Shown piece by piece: positions 7,016 through 15,460 of a DNA stretch of 64,000 bases. The DNA is taken from NCBI GenBank assembly GCA_009786125.1, contig WQTU01000136.1, positions 88 through 64,087 on the forward strand. Reading direction: 5' to 3'. The position numbers were made by a program, and so were the translations under genes. The DNA comes from Spirochaetota bacterium (GTDB taxonomy: Bacteria; Spirochaetota; Spirochaetia; CADAEX01). Positions within the stretch are counted from its first letter, which is position 1, and each line of letters opens with the position of its first letter. The notes below the pieces were generated by a model. The model was not told the origin of the DNA, made no database searches, and saw only the letters and a program-made list of their open reading frames with translations.

Positions 7016-8042
7016 ATCTGAGCCAGCATCTTATACGGTGCCCTGGTTTAACTTCTTTTAACAACGGATTTTCCTTAAAGCATCGATCTTCAACGTAGGG
7101 ACACCGATGAACAAACGCACAGCCTGTTTCGGTCTTTTCGGCGGTTTGGGATCTTACACTTTTTACTTCGCCTGCAAAAACTTTTGGGGTTTGTGCGTTT
7201 GGGTCACCGCTTTGCATAGACGAAAAAAGCAATTCAGTGTAAGGGTGGCTTTTGCCTGAGTCCTGCCGCCAAATCTCGTCTGCTTCGGCTTCTTCCATAA
7301 TTTCGCCGCGGTACATAACTCCAATTCTGTCGCAAAAATAACAGGCAACACGCAAGTTGTGTGCAATAAAAAGATAAGATATTTCCTGACCGCTTGCTTT
7401 ACGCGCATTGCGAAGTTCAAGCAAAAGATTGAGGATTTGCCCCTGTATCGATACGTCAAGTGCGGAAACTACTTCATCGCAAATAAGAACACTGGGCTTT
7501 TGCAAAAGGCCTCGGGCAATCGAAATGCGCTGGCGCTGTCCGCCGGAAAACTCCGTGGGCCGCCGCTCAAGGTCTTTTGCAGAAAGGCCGACTTCTTCCA
7601 GGATATTGGCAGCCTCTGCACGTAACACGCTGTCCGGTCTTTTATTTGTGGAGTATCTTGCGCCGGATGTTAATACTTCGTAAACAGTCATGCGGGGGTT
7701 AAGCGACTTGGCAGGGTCCTGGAAAACATAGCGCACCTTTTCTCGGTAATGTCTTAAATCCTGCCCTTTGATTTTACGCACATCGACATTTTCGCCGGTA
7801 ACAGGATCGCGAAAGATTATCTCGCCTTCGTTTGCGTCGAACATTCGTACCAAAAGTTTGGCAGTGGTACTTTTGCCGCAGCCAGACTCTCCTACAAGAC
7901 CGTAGGTTTCGTTTCTGCCGATAGAAAAAGAGACGCCGTTTACTGCATGAACAAACTTGCCAAAGCGGGCAAAAAAGCCTGCCTCTAAGTCAAAACGTTT
8001 GCGTAAATTGGTAATCGTAAGTACATTGTTTTCGTTTGTCAT
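7014..8042 (-). CDS. Peptide-type ABC transporter ATP-binding protein (OppF/DppF-like)
   Basis: Walker A 'GESGCGKST', signature 'FSGGQRQR', Walker B 'LICDEVVSALD'. C-terminal Cys-rich oligopeptide-type tail. Confidence 0.9.
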   Translation of the reverse strand: MTNENNVLTITNLRKRFDLEAGFFARFGKFVHAVNGVSFSIGRNETYGLVGESGCGKSTTAKLLVRMFDANEGEIIFRDPVTGENVDVRKIKGQDLRHYREKVRYVFQDPAKSLNPRMTVYEVLTSGARYSTNKRPDSVLRAEAANILEEVGLSAKDLERRPTEFSGGQRQRISIARGLLQKPSVLICDEVVSALDVSIQGQILNLLLELRNARKASGQEISYLFIAHNLRVACYFCDRIGVMYRGEIMEEAEADEIWRQDSGKSHPYTELLFSSMQSGDPNAQTPKVFAGEVKSVRSQTAEKTETGCAFVHRCPYVEDRCFKENPLLKEVKPGHRIRCWLR

Positions 8043-10171
8043 TCAGCAGCTCCCTTTATACAGCGGTAGAAACGGCCGTTTTCGGCGGCAGTCATAACAG
8101 GTATTGTTGCGCGGCACTCTTCGCTTGCAACAGAACAGCGAGGAGCGTAAGGGCAGCCCGGCTCAGGATAAGCAGGATCAGCCACCTGTCCGGGAATAAC
8201 CGCAAGAGGTGTATTGGTATAATGATTGCCAAACTTAGGGCTGGCAGCCAAAAGGTCTTTGGCGTAAGGGTGGATAGCGCTTGTCATAAACTGCTCGGAA
8301 CTTGCGCCTTCCATCATAAGGCCGCAGTACATTACAATCATGCGGTCGGAAATATCAGAAACCAAGTCGATGTCGTGGCTGATAAAAATAATCGACAGGC
8401 CGCGTGTTTTACGCAGATCTTTTAACAAGTCGATGATCTGTTTTTGCACGGTAACATCAAGCGCGGTTGTCGGCTCGTCTGCGATTAATAAATCACAGCC
8501 TTGTGCCAGCGACAAAGCAATTCCCACACGTTGAAGCTGTCCGCCGGAAAATTGATGCGGATAGTTGATTAAACGCTCTTTGGCATTGTCGATGCCAACT
8601 TCTTCAAGCAGCCTGGCAGCTCTTTCATCACTTTGCGCTCTTGTAATTTTAGGCTCGCTGTTACGGTAAGTTTCCCAAAAGGTTTTACTCATCGTGTACA
8701 GAGGGTCGTAGGAACGACCTGGCTCCTGGAAAATCATACCGATCTTTTTACCGCGGTACTTGCGCATTTCTTTGGCGGTAAGACCGACCAGCTCGTTTCC
8801 TTCGTACTTGATAGAGCCGGTTATTGTTGCGTTTAACGGCAAAAGGGCAGGAATGGCGTGAGTGCTGACACTCTTGCCGCTGCCGGACTCACCTACAATG
8901 CCCAAAATCTCGCCGCGGTTAAGGCTAAAGGAAACGCCGCGCACAGCTTGGTTAACCAGCGTTTCGGCTCCCCGTAATAGTCTGAACTTTACTTTCAGGT
9001 TTTTTACTTCGAGCAGGGGCTCTGCGCCGCTGCCTGTAATGGGAGCATCAACCGAAGCATCATGTTCGCAAGCGACAACTTCTTTAACCTTTTTGCGGAA
9101 TCTCTTTGGCAAAAACTTGTTAAAGTCTAATGTTTTGCGTGTGTGGAACGGGTCAAGGTAATCGCGCAAGGCATCGCCTAAAAAGTTAAAGCTAAAAGCA
9201 AAAGCTATCAAAAACCACATCGGGCTTAAGAGCCAGGGAAAATTACGAAGATTACTGATAGTGGTAATGTCGCGGTTAATGAGCGAGCCCCAGCTTACTG
9301 ACGGGTCCTGAATGCCAAGTCCCAGATAAGACAATATTACTTCGGTCATAACCATTGACGGAATACCAAGCACTGTAACTACAATAATTATGCTGGCTAT
9401 GTGCGGAATACAATACTTAAATATAATAACGAAACTTGGAATCATCTCTAACTTGGCATTTTGCACAAAATCTTCGCGTTTTATACTGTGGATCATGCCG
9501 CGATAAAGCCTTGCTCCGGTAGGCCAGGCAGTAAACGCCAAAATTAAAGTGATAGACATGAAAAGCTGCCCCGGGCTCATGTCAACGCCAAGCATAGAAC
9601 GAATAAACAAAATGAGATACAAGCCGGGTATCAAAATTATAAATTCGGCGCTGCGAATAATAATTGAGTCCAGTTTTCCGCCAAAAAATCCGGCTATACC
9701 GCCTAACAGCATCGCTATCAATGTTGAGATGGCTATCGCCACAAAGCCGATAATCATCGAAATGCGCGAGCCGTGAACAATTCGCGAAAAGATGCAACGC
9801 CCCAAAATGTCGGCTCCCATTAAAAAAACCGGCATTTGCGGGTCGCTGGAAACAAAAAGCCTGCGTTCCATTGGAATGAAGCCCCACAAATAAGTACGTT
9901 CGCCTTTGCCCAAAAACTGAATGGGAGTAAAACTGTTGCCGACAGCTCCGTATTGCCAGGCTACTGTATCAATAACCCTGTGTTCCTGGGCTTGCAACCG
10001 GCTGTTTACAAAACGCACGTTAGGCGGGTGATAACTGTAGGGGAACGCTGTTCTTGGGTTGTAAGGCGCGATAAACTCGGCAAAAATCATCATGATATAC
10101 ATGAGAATCAATACTATAAGTGAGGCCATGCCGACAGGTCTAGTTTTAAGATATACAAAAAACCTTTTCAC
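8039..10171 (-). CDS. Fused ABC transporter permease (OppC/DppC-like, N-terminal) and ATP-binding protein (OppD/DppD-like, C-terminal)
   Basis: 710 aa. The N-terminal ~345 aa is multi-TM with the permease EAA-like region. From ~aa 385: 'GESGSGKSV', 'FSGGQLQR', 'LIADEPTTALD'. 4-nt overlap with the downstream ATPase gene. Confidence 0.85.
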   Translation of the reverse strand: MKRFFVYLKTRPVGMASLIVLILMYIMMIFAEFIAPYNPRTAFPYSYHPPNVRFVNSRLQAQEHRVIDTVAWQYGAVGNSFTPIQFLGKGERTYLWGFIPMERRLFVSSDPQMPVFLMGADILGRCIFSRIVHGSRISMIIGFVAIAISTLIAMLLGGIAGFFGGKLDSIIIRSAEFIILIPGLYLILFIRSMLGVDMSPGQLFMSITLILAFTAWPTGARLYRGMIHSIKREDFVQNAKLEMIPSFVIIFKYCIPHIASIIIVVTVLGIPSMVMTEVILSYLGLGIQDPSVSWGSLINRDITTISNLRNFPWLLSPMWFLIAFAFSFNFLGDALRDYLDPFHTRKTLDFNKFLPKRFRKKVKEVVACEHDASVDAPITGSGAEPLLEVKNLKVKFRLLRGAETLVNQAVRGVSFSLNRGEILGIVGESGSGKSVSTHAIPALLPLNATITGSIKYEGNELVGLTAKEMRKYRGKKIGMIFQEPGRSYDPLYTMSKTFWETYRNSEPKITRAQSDERAARLLEEVGIDNAKERLINYPHQFSGGQLQRVGIALSLAQGCDLLIADEPTTALDVTVQKQIIDLLKDLRKTRGLSIIFISHDIDLVSDISDRMIVMYCGLMMEGASSEQFMTSAIHPYAKDLLAASPKFGNHYTNTPLAVIPGQVADPAYPEPGCPYAPRCSVASEECRATIPVMTAAENGRFYRCIKGAAE

Positions 10172-11266
10172 TTAGTCCTCCTTACCGTAGCGCACGCGCG
10201 GGTCAATAACGGCAACCAAAATATCACTTATAAGCATACCAATCAGGTTAAGCGCCGAAATTACCATCAAACTTGCCATTGCCAAATTGACATCTTGCTG
10301 TCTTACTGCAGCAAAAATTAACTGCCCCATACCTGGATACGCAAAGATTATTTCAAAAATTAACGCTCCGCCAAAAATCGCCCCCAGCATTGTAGCCATG
10401 GAAATAATGTAAGGGTTTAATGTGTTTCTAAAAGCGTGACAAAGATAAACTCTCCACTCGGCAATGCCGCGAGAGCGCAGGGCTATTATGTACGGCTTGC
10501 CAAGCTCGTCAAGCATAGCTGCCCTTACACGCCTTAAAGTGCCGCCCACGCCCATCAAAAACATGGAAAACAACGGTAAAAAGGTAAAGTGAATATATGC
10601 AAAGATAAAGGCAAGCGGGTCGCTTGCAAAAGTAAAGTGAGGGAACGCCGTTAAAGGAAACCAACCTGTCGCAGCAGCAAACATTTGCGCTAAAATCAAA
10701 AACAACATTCCAGGGAAACTGTGAAAACAAAGCGCTATAAACTGAATCGCCAAGTCGGAGTTTTTTCCGGCTTTGGAAGAAAAATAAACGCCCAGCAGGA
10801 ACGAAAATACAGTAACCATAGTCAAGTTTATTAAGGCAAGGACTACGGTGTTTGCAAGCCTGCTGGCAATTAAAAAGGAAACAGGCGCTTGTGTAATAAG
10901 GCTTACACCCAAATCACGGTATACCAAAACATTTCGCAGCCACCTAAAATATTGAACATAAAAAGGCTGATCAAGACCCAGTTCAGAGCGCATTTGTTCC
11001 GCCCATTCTGCGGTTATTTCCGCAGCCATTGGCGAGCCGTCTCCGGTCAATAACTGCTGCATCATTACCTGTGATACAATGTCGCCCGGGATAAGAGCCA
11101 TTAGTCCAAAGATACCAAAGCCCAGGACAAACAACATTGCCAGCATTAAAAAGAATCGCCCTATTATGTATGAGAAGAGCGGCATCTTTTTCTTGAAGGC
11201 AATAAACGGTCTTGCAACGGTAAAAGCCGCAAGCCTTAACCAGTTAATCACTTGAATAAAAATCAC
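10172..11266 (-). CDS. ABC transporter permease (OppB/DppB-like)
   Basis: Multi-TM protein ending '..VIDPRVRY', the canonical OppB C-terminus. The true start may be the internal Met at 11185 ('MPLFSYIIGRFF'). Confidence 0.85.
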   Translation of the reverse strand: MIFIQVINWLRLAAFTVARPFIAFKKKMPLFSYIIGRFFLMLAMLFVLGFGIFGLMALIPGDIVSQVMMQQLLTGDGSPMAAEITAEWAEQMRSELGLDQPFYVQYFRWLRNVLVYRDLGVSLITQAPVSFLIASRLANTVVLALINLTMVTVFSFLLGVYFSSKAGKNSDLAIQFIALCFHSFPGMLFLILAQMFAAATGWFPLTAFPHFTFASDPLAFIFAYIHFTFLPLFSMFLMGVGGTLRRVRAAMLDELGKPYIIALRSRGIAEWRVYLCHAFRNTLNPYIISMATMLGAIFGGALIFEIIFAYPGMGQLIFAAVRQQDVNLAMASLMVISALNLIGMLISDILVAVIDPRVRYGKED

Positions 11267-13209
11267 TCTCCTCCTTTACGCAGCCACATACGCGGAATTG
11301 CAGTTGGACTGCTTTGACCAAATCCACCCAGGCTCGTTACAATAGTCGCAGCAGAGGCATCGAAAAAAAAGTTTGTCATGTCCCAGCGGTTATTTACAGC
11401 AAGAAATGCTATCCCTCGATTAAGATATATCAGGGGCATTTCTTCCTGCAATAGGCGTTCAAACTCATCAGAGATTTCCTGTCTTCGTACAGGATTCATC
11501 TCGCGTGATTCGGCATTAAACAAATAATCTTTACGGCGGGTCCACTCATTTACAGGTGTTTCCTGAAAAGGATACCACATGTGCAAGTTACCATGCGACT
11601 GCCAGACATTTGTGCCTGAGCCTGGCAAGCTCGGTTGGGTTACACCAATTATCAAAGATTGCCAGTCGAAAGTTTCTGTAAGTTGATTCACCAAAAGCTG
11701 AAAATCCAGCGGGCTGACAGTAATGTTAATTCCAATTTGAGCGGCAGTAGAGGCAATTATGATTGCCGTATCTGAGGTGGCAGCAACAGCAGCAGGAATG
11801 GCAAGAGTAAATTCAATTGGTCTGCCTTCCCAATCCCGCATTACTCCCTGGTCATCGCGCCTAATATCAATGCTTTCCAGTAACTTCACAGCTCTATCAA
11901 GGCAAAAATCCCAAGGCAAAACAATATCCGGGTTAAAATGAGGGTGGCTAATCGCCCTAAAACTTGATGTAGGTACGGCAAGTCCGCGCGAAACCTGGCT
12001 GGCAATACGCTCCCGATTGACCAGGCTGCTCATGGCTTGCCTGAATTCGCGCCTGTTAAACCATTCGTACTGCGGTGTTCCGCGGTTAACGGAGTTCTGG
12101 TTGAATGTCCACAAAGTACCTGTCGCTGAGTTACCGCGATTGCTAAAGGCAGTCCAGCCGGTAACGGCGCTGCTCTGACCAACTATCATATCTATGAGAT
12201 CTTCTGGTCTTGCGCCAATAGCATCAAGCTGTCCGCTTCTGAACATCAGCCATTGGGTAGCCAACTCCGGAATAATGTGGACAACAATATGCTCTATATG
12301 GATTGAATCAGAATCAAAAAAACCTGGGTTGCGCTGAAGGGTTATCCTTTGCCCTGGCATATATTCGACAATATGAAAAGGTCCCATTGATGGTATTAGG
12401 CGCGGATCGTGAGCTATAGTAAAGGCAGCGTTGACAGCCGCAACCCCGCCTTTCACGTAGAGAGGCTCATAGATGTGGCGAGGACCTACAGTTTCATTGG
12501 TAGCCCAGGGCAAATTCCAGTGAGGCTGAGGTCTAATAAAATAAAACTGCCGATCGCTTACTCTGTGAATAGTAGTGCGTACAGACGTGCCGTCGGGCAT
12601 CAATACCCACTGACCTGGCCCGGCGATTGTGTTAAAGGCAGGATTGCCGTTAATCGTATCGTACCAGAATATAAAGTCATCGCTGGTTACAGGCACTTGC
12701 CTGCCATCAAGGTATGTCCAGAATAAATCATCACGCAAGGTATATAGTATTTTTACGCCGCCGTTTTCAAGTTCGGTAATTTCCCAGCTTTCCGCTGCCC
12801 AAGGCAATTGTTCTCTGGTAACCGGGCAAAAGTAAGTTAAAGGCGTCATTAAGTTGCCCAAAAGTCCGCCTGAGTCAGCTTCGCGTGTTCCAACTACTAA
12901 GTTAAAAGTGCGCACGTCTCCTATATTGGCGATGTGGAAAGTGCCGCCGCGCCTGTCCGGTCTTGCGACTATACTTTCCAAAAGCGGCTGATCTTGCGGC
13001 GGCGGTGCATAGTTGGCACGGGCTAACCATTCATCACGACCTATTGGCTTAAAACCTTCCCAGTTGTGAATTTCTATTCTCCTTGCACGGCCTGTGGGTT
13101 CAAAATCTTCCCAGTTGTAAATCACCACACGTCTTGTGCAGCCTGCAAGCCCTAAGGATACCAGTAAAACCAATACTATTTTGAAAAATTTCGATGCTTT
13201 TTTAATCAT
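11263..13209 (-). CDS. ABC transporter substrate-binding lipoprotein, family 5 (OppA-like)
   Basis: Start chosen at 'MIKKASKFF..LVSLGLAGC' (lipobox), with AGGAAG 7 nt upstream. The ORF track extends it to 13272. Size and position are typical of an SBP_bac_5 protein. Confidence 0.8.
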   Translation of the reverse strand: MIKKASKFFKIVLVLLVSLGLAGCTRRVVIYNWEDFEPTGRARRIEIHNWEGFKPIGRDEWLARANYAPPPQDQPLLESIVARPDRRGGTFHIANIGDVRTFNLVVGTREADSGGLLGNLMTPLTYFCPVTREQLPWAAESWEITELENGGVKILYTLRDDLFWTYLDGRQVPVTSDDFIFWYDTINGNPAFNTIAGPGQWVLMPDGTSVRTTIHRVSDRQFYFIRPQPHWNLPWATNETVGPRHIYEPLYVKGGVAAVNAAFTIAHDPRLIPSMGPFHIVEYMPGQRITLQRNPGFFDSDSIHIEHIVVHIIPELATQWLMFRSGQLDAIGARPEDLIDMIVGQSSAVTGWTAFSNRGNSATGTLWTFNQNSVNRGTPQYEWFNRREFRQAMSSLVNRERIASQVSRGLAVPTSSFRAISHPHFNPDIVLPWDFCLDRAVKLLESIDIRRDDQGVMRDWEGRPIEFTLAIPAAVAATSDTAIIIASTAAQIGINITVSPLDFQLLVNQLTETFDWQSLIIGVTQPSLPGSGTNVWQSHGNLHMWYPFQETPVNEWTRRKDYLFNAESREMNPVRRQEISDEFERLLQEEMPLIYLNRGIAFLAVNNRWDMTNFFFDASAATIVTSLGGFGQSSPTAIPRMWLRKGGE

Positions 13210-13515
13210 AATTCGTCTTCCTAAAGTTAAAGCATTGTAGATATATTTGCAAAAAATATCAATATTTTGCATCTTACCATCAGCAATTCGGAATTTAGAA
13301 AAAGTATGTTTTTATAACTTTTACAGAGCCCCATTGGCAAACTATTCAGGGGAAAATTAGTCAGCCCACACCATCAAATGCAATGGCAAAACTGAGAATT
13401 GCGAATTTCTGTGCAACAAAAACCCATGCAGAAAAGCGTAAAAGCATAGGTATCCCTTTCAAGCCTTATGCAAAACGAGTCTGGTAAAAACAGATATCAT
13501 GTATGGCTGCTACAG

Positions 13516-13851
13516 CTACCCAGGCTCCTCGCCGGCAACACATATGAGGAAAGAATCCCAGCTATCGTGAAGGACATACCACAGCCCACCACGCAGATGA
13601 ATGAAAAACTCTGTCCGGTGGCCATGGCGGTCGCGAGCCCTGCCGTACAGTTCATCTGTGTACGACAATATCCCATGAAACAAAAAAGCAAGCAAATTCA
13701 ATAAGCAATACATCTCGCTGGCATGCTCCTGTCCATGACCGAAATTATGTTCAAGGTTATAGCCGTGATTCTTCAAAACATTATTGTGCTCATTCTCTAT
13801 CTTCCAGCGAGAGCGCGCACACAGAGCAAAGGGCTCATAACATATCTTCAA
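13516..13851 (-). mobile_element. C-terminal fragment of a DDE transposase (IS4/ISAs1-like superfamily), 5'-truncated
   Basis: 'SRWKIENEHNNVLKNHGYNLEHNFGHG..LLNLLAFLFH' resembles the conserved RW-IEN block around the catalytic E of DDE transposases. No N-terminal part lies upstream. Confidence 0.55.
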
Positions 13852-14751
13852 AAAAACGGTTTTAATAATATAGTTATTCTGGAAGGCTCGTGGGTAGGGG
13901 ATTCAACCTCAAAAGCTTTTTCTGCCTGCGGATACACTTCTCTTGCAAAAGAAACAGGGGTTCAGCTTATTGACACACAAAAAGACTCTTGCGAAGTTGT
14001 AATTTGTAAAGGTTTAGAAATAGAAATATGTAAAAGCGCCCTAAACCTGGATTTTATGATCAATTTACCGGTGATGAAGGGACATTGCCAAACCAAGTTA
14101 ACTTGCGCGCTCAAGAACAACAAAGGCATTATAAGCGACAAGGAAAAGCAACGCTTTCATACCCTTGGCCTTACCAAACCAATTGCCCTTCTTAATACAG
14201 CAGTTCGCAATGATTTTATAGTAGTTGATGGTATTTGCGGAGACCTTGATTTTGAAGAAGGCGGAAACCCTGTATATTCAGGCCGAATGTTTGGAGCCAG
14301 AGACCCGGTACTTTGCGATGCTTGGGTTGCAGAGCTTATGGGTTACAAGGTAAGCGACATCCCCTACATAGGTCTTGCAGAAGAGCTGGGTGTGGGCTCT
14401 GCAGGTCCCGCTCAAATTCGGGAACTCAACCAAAACTCCGCTGTTCCGGCGCTGCCACGTCCGCAGCCCCAAGGGAAAGTAAAACAGCTTTCAAGTTCGA
14501 TAAACGAAGCCGGGGCGTGCAGCGCCTGTTACGCTGCATTGATTTTTGCCCTCTCCAGAATGAGCAGGTCTGAGCAAGAGCAGTTGGGGCAAGTAAATAT
14601 AGGGCAGGGGTTTAGAGCACAAAAACCAGCCGGAGCCGGAGGCAAAGTGGGTGTGGGGCAGTGTGCTTCGGGGTTTGATTCCTTTTGCCCCGGCTGCCCG
14701 CCAACAGGTGCAGAAGTTTTGTCTTTTCTTAAAAATATTTTAAAAAAGTGA
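13723..14751 (+). pseudogene. DUF362 domain protein, apparently 5'-truncated at the transposase remnant
   Basis: From ~13830 on: 'ITYLQKNGFNNIVILEGSWVGD..NLPVMKGHCQT..VVDGICG', which is DUF362-like. The first ~40 codons of the ORF are antisense to the transposase fragment, and the usual N-terminal 'KPN' segment is missing. Confidence 0.5.
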
Positions 14752-14787
14752 TCGGTTTTATGGAGTTGTCAAATTGGACAACTTCGA

Positions 14788-15366
14788 CTATTTCATCCTT
14801 TTATCATACCAGAGATATGCAAGAATTGTTATTGCATTCACATATTCGCCTGTTCCCATCTTATTTTCAAACTCTTTTACAGGAATTATCTTAACATCTA
14901 TAAGTTCATCTTCATCAAGAGATTGTTCAGTTGATTTTACAGGATTAACAGCAAAATATGTGTAGGAAGTATTGCTCATAAAAGCAGGATTCGGCTTTAT
15001 TGACCCAATGAGGACAAATTTTTCTGCACTGTACCCGGTTTCTTCGAGAAGTTCCCGCTGGGCTGCAATTACCGGCTCTTCGCCATTATTCACGAGTCCT
15101 GCGGGAAATTCCATTGTTATAGAATTGCTGCCATGTCTATATTGCCTTACCATTAAAAAAGCGTCCTCGTTGTTTTTATCTTTTACAACACATACAATAT
15201 TTACCCAATCCGGGGAATCAAGCCGGACAAAAGTGTTTTCCCTGCCATCCGGCGCAGTGCTTGTAACTTCACAAGCGCTAAATATTTTAAAATCTTTTAT
15301 AACTTCTTTTTTTTTCTCTACCCATTTAAGATTATCAGTTTTTTCCATATAATTATTATACCTCAT
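14788..15366 (-). CDS. NUDIX hydrolase (ADP-ribose pyrophosphatase-like)
   Basis: Nudix box 'GLVNNGEEPVIAAQRELLEETGY'. Confidence 0.85.
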   Translation of the reverse strand: MRYNNYMEKTDNLKWVEKKKEVIKDFKIFSACEVTSTAPDGRENTFVRLDSPDWVNIVCVVKDKNNEDAFLMVRQYRHGSNSITMEFPAGLVNNGEEPVIAAQRELLEETGYSAEKFVLIGSIKPNPAFMSNTSYTYFAVNPVKSTEQSLDEDELIDVKIIPVKEFENKMGTGEYVNAITILAYLWYDKRMK

Positions 15367-15460
15367 ATTTTATTCAACATTCTATAAATATCAAAAAAAA
15401 TAGTTTGATTTATTATTGTAGACACAATTTTTTCCAATTTAGTATATAATTTGGTATATT

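Noticed and set aside
13468-13704. 78-aa + strand ORF upstream of the DUF362 gene
   Set aside because: It is antisense to the transposase fragment and has no family signal.
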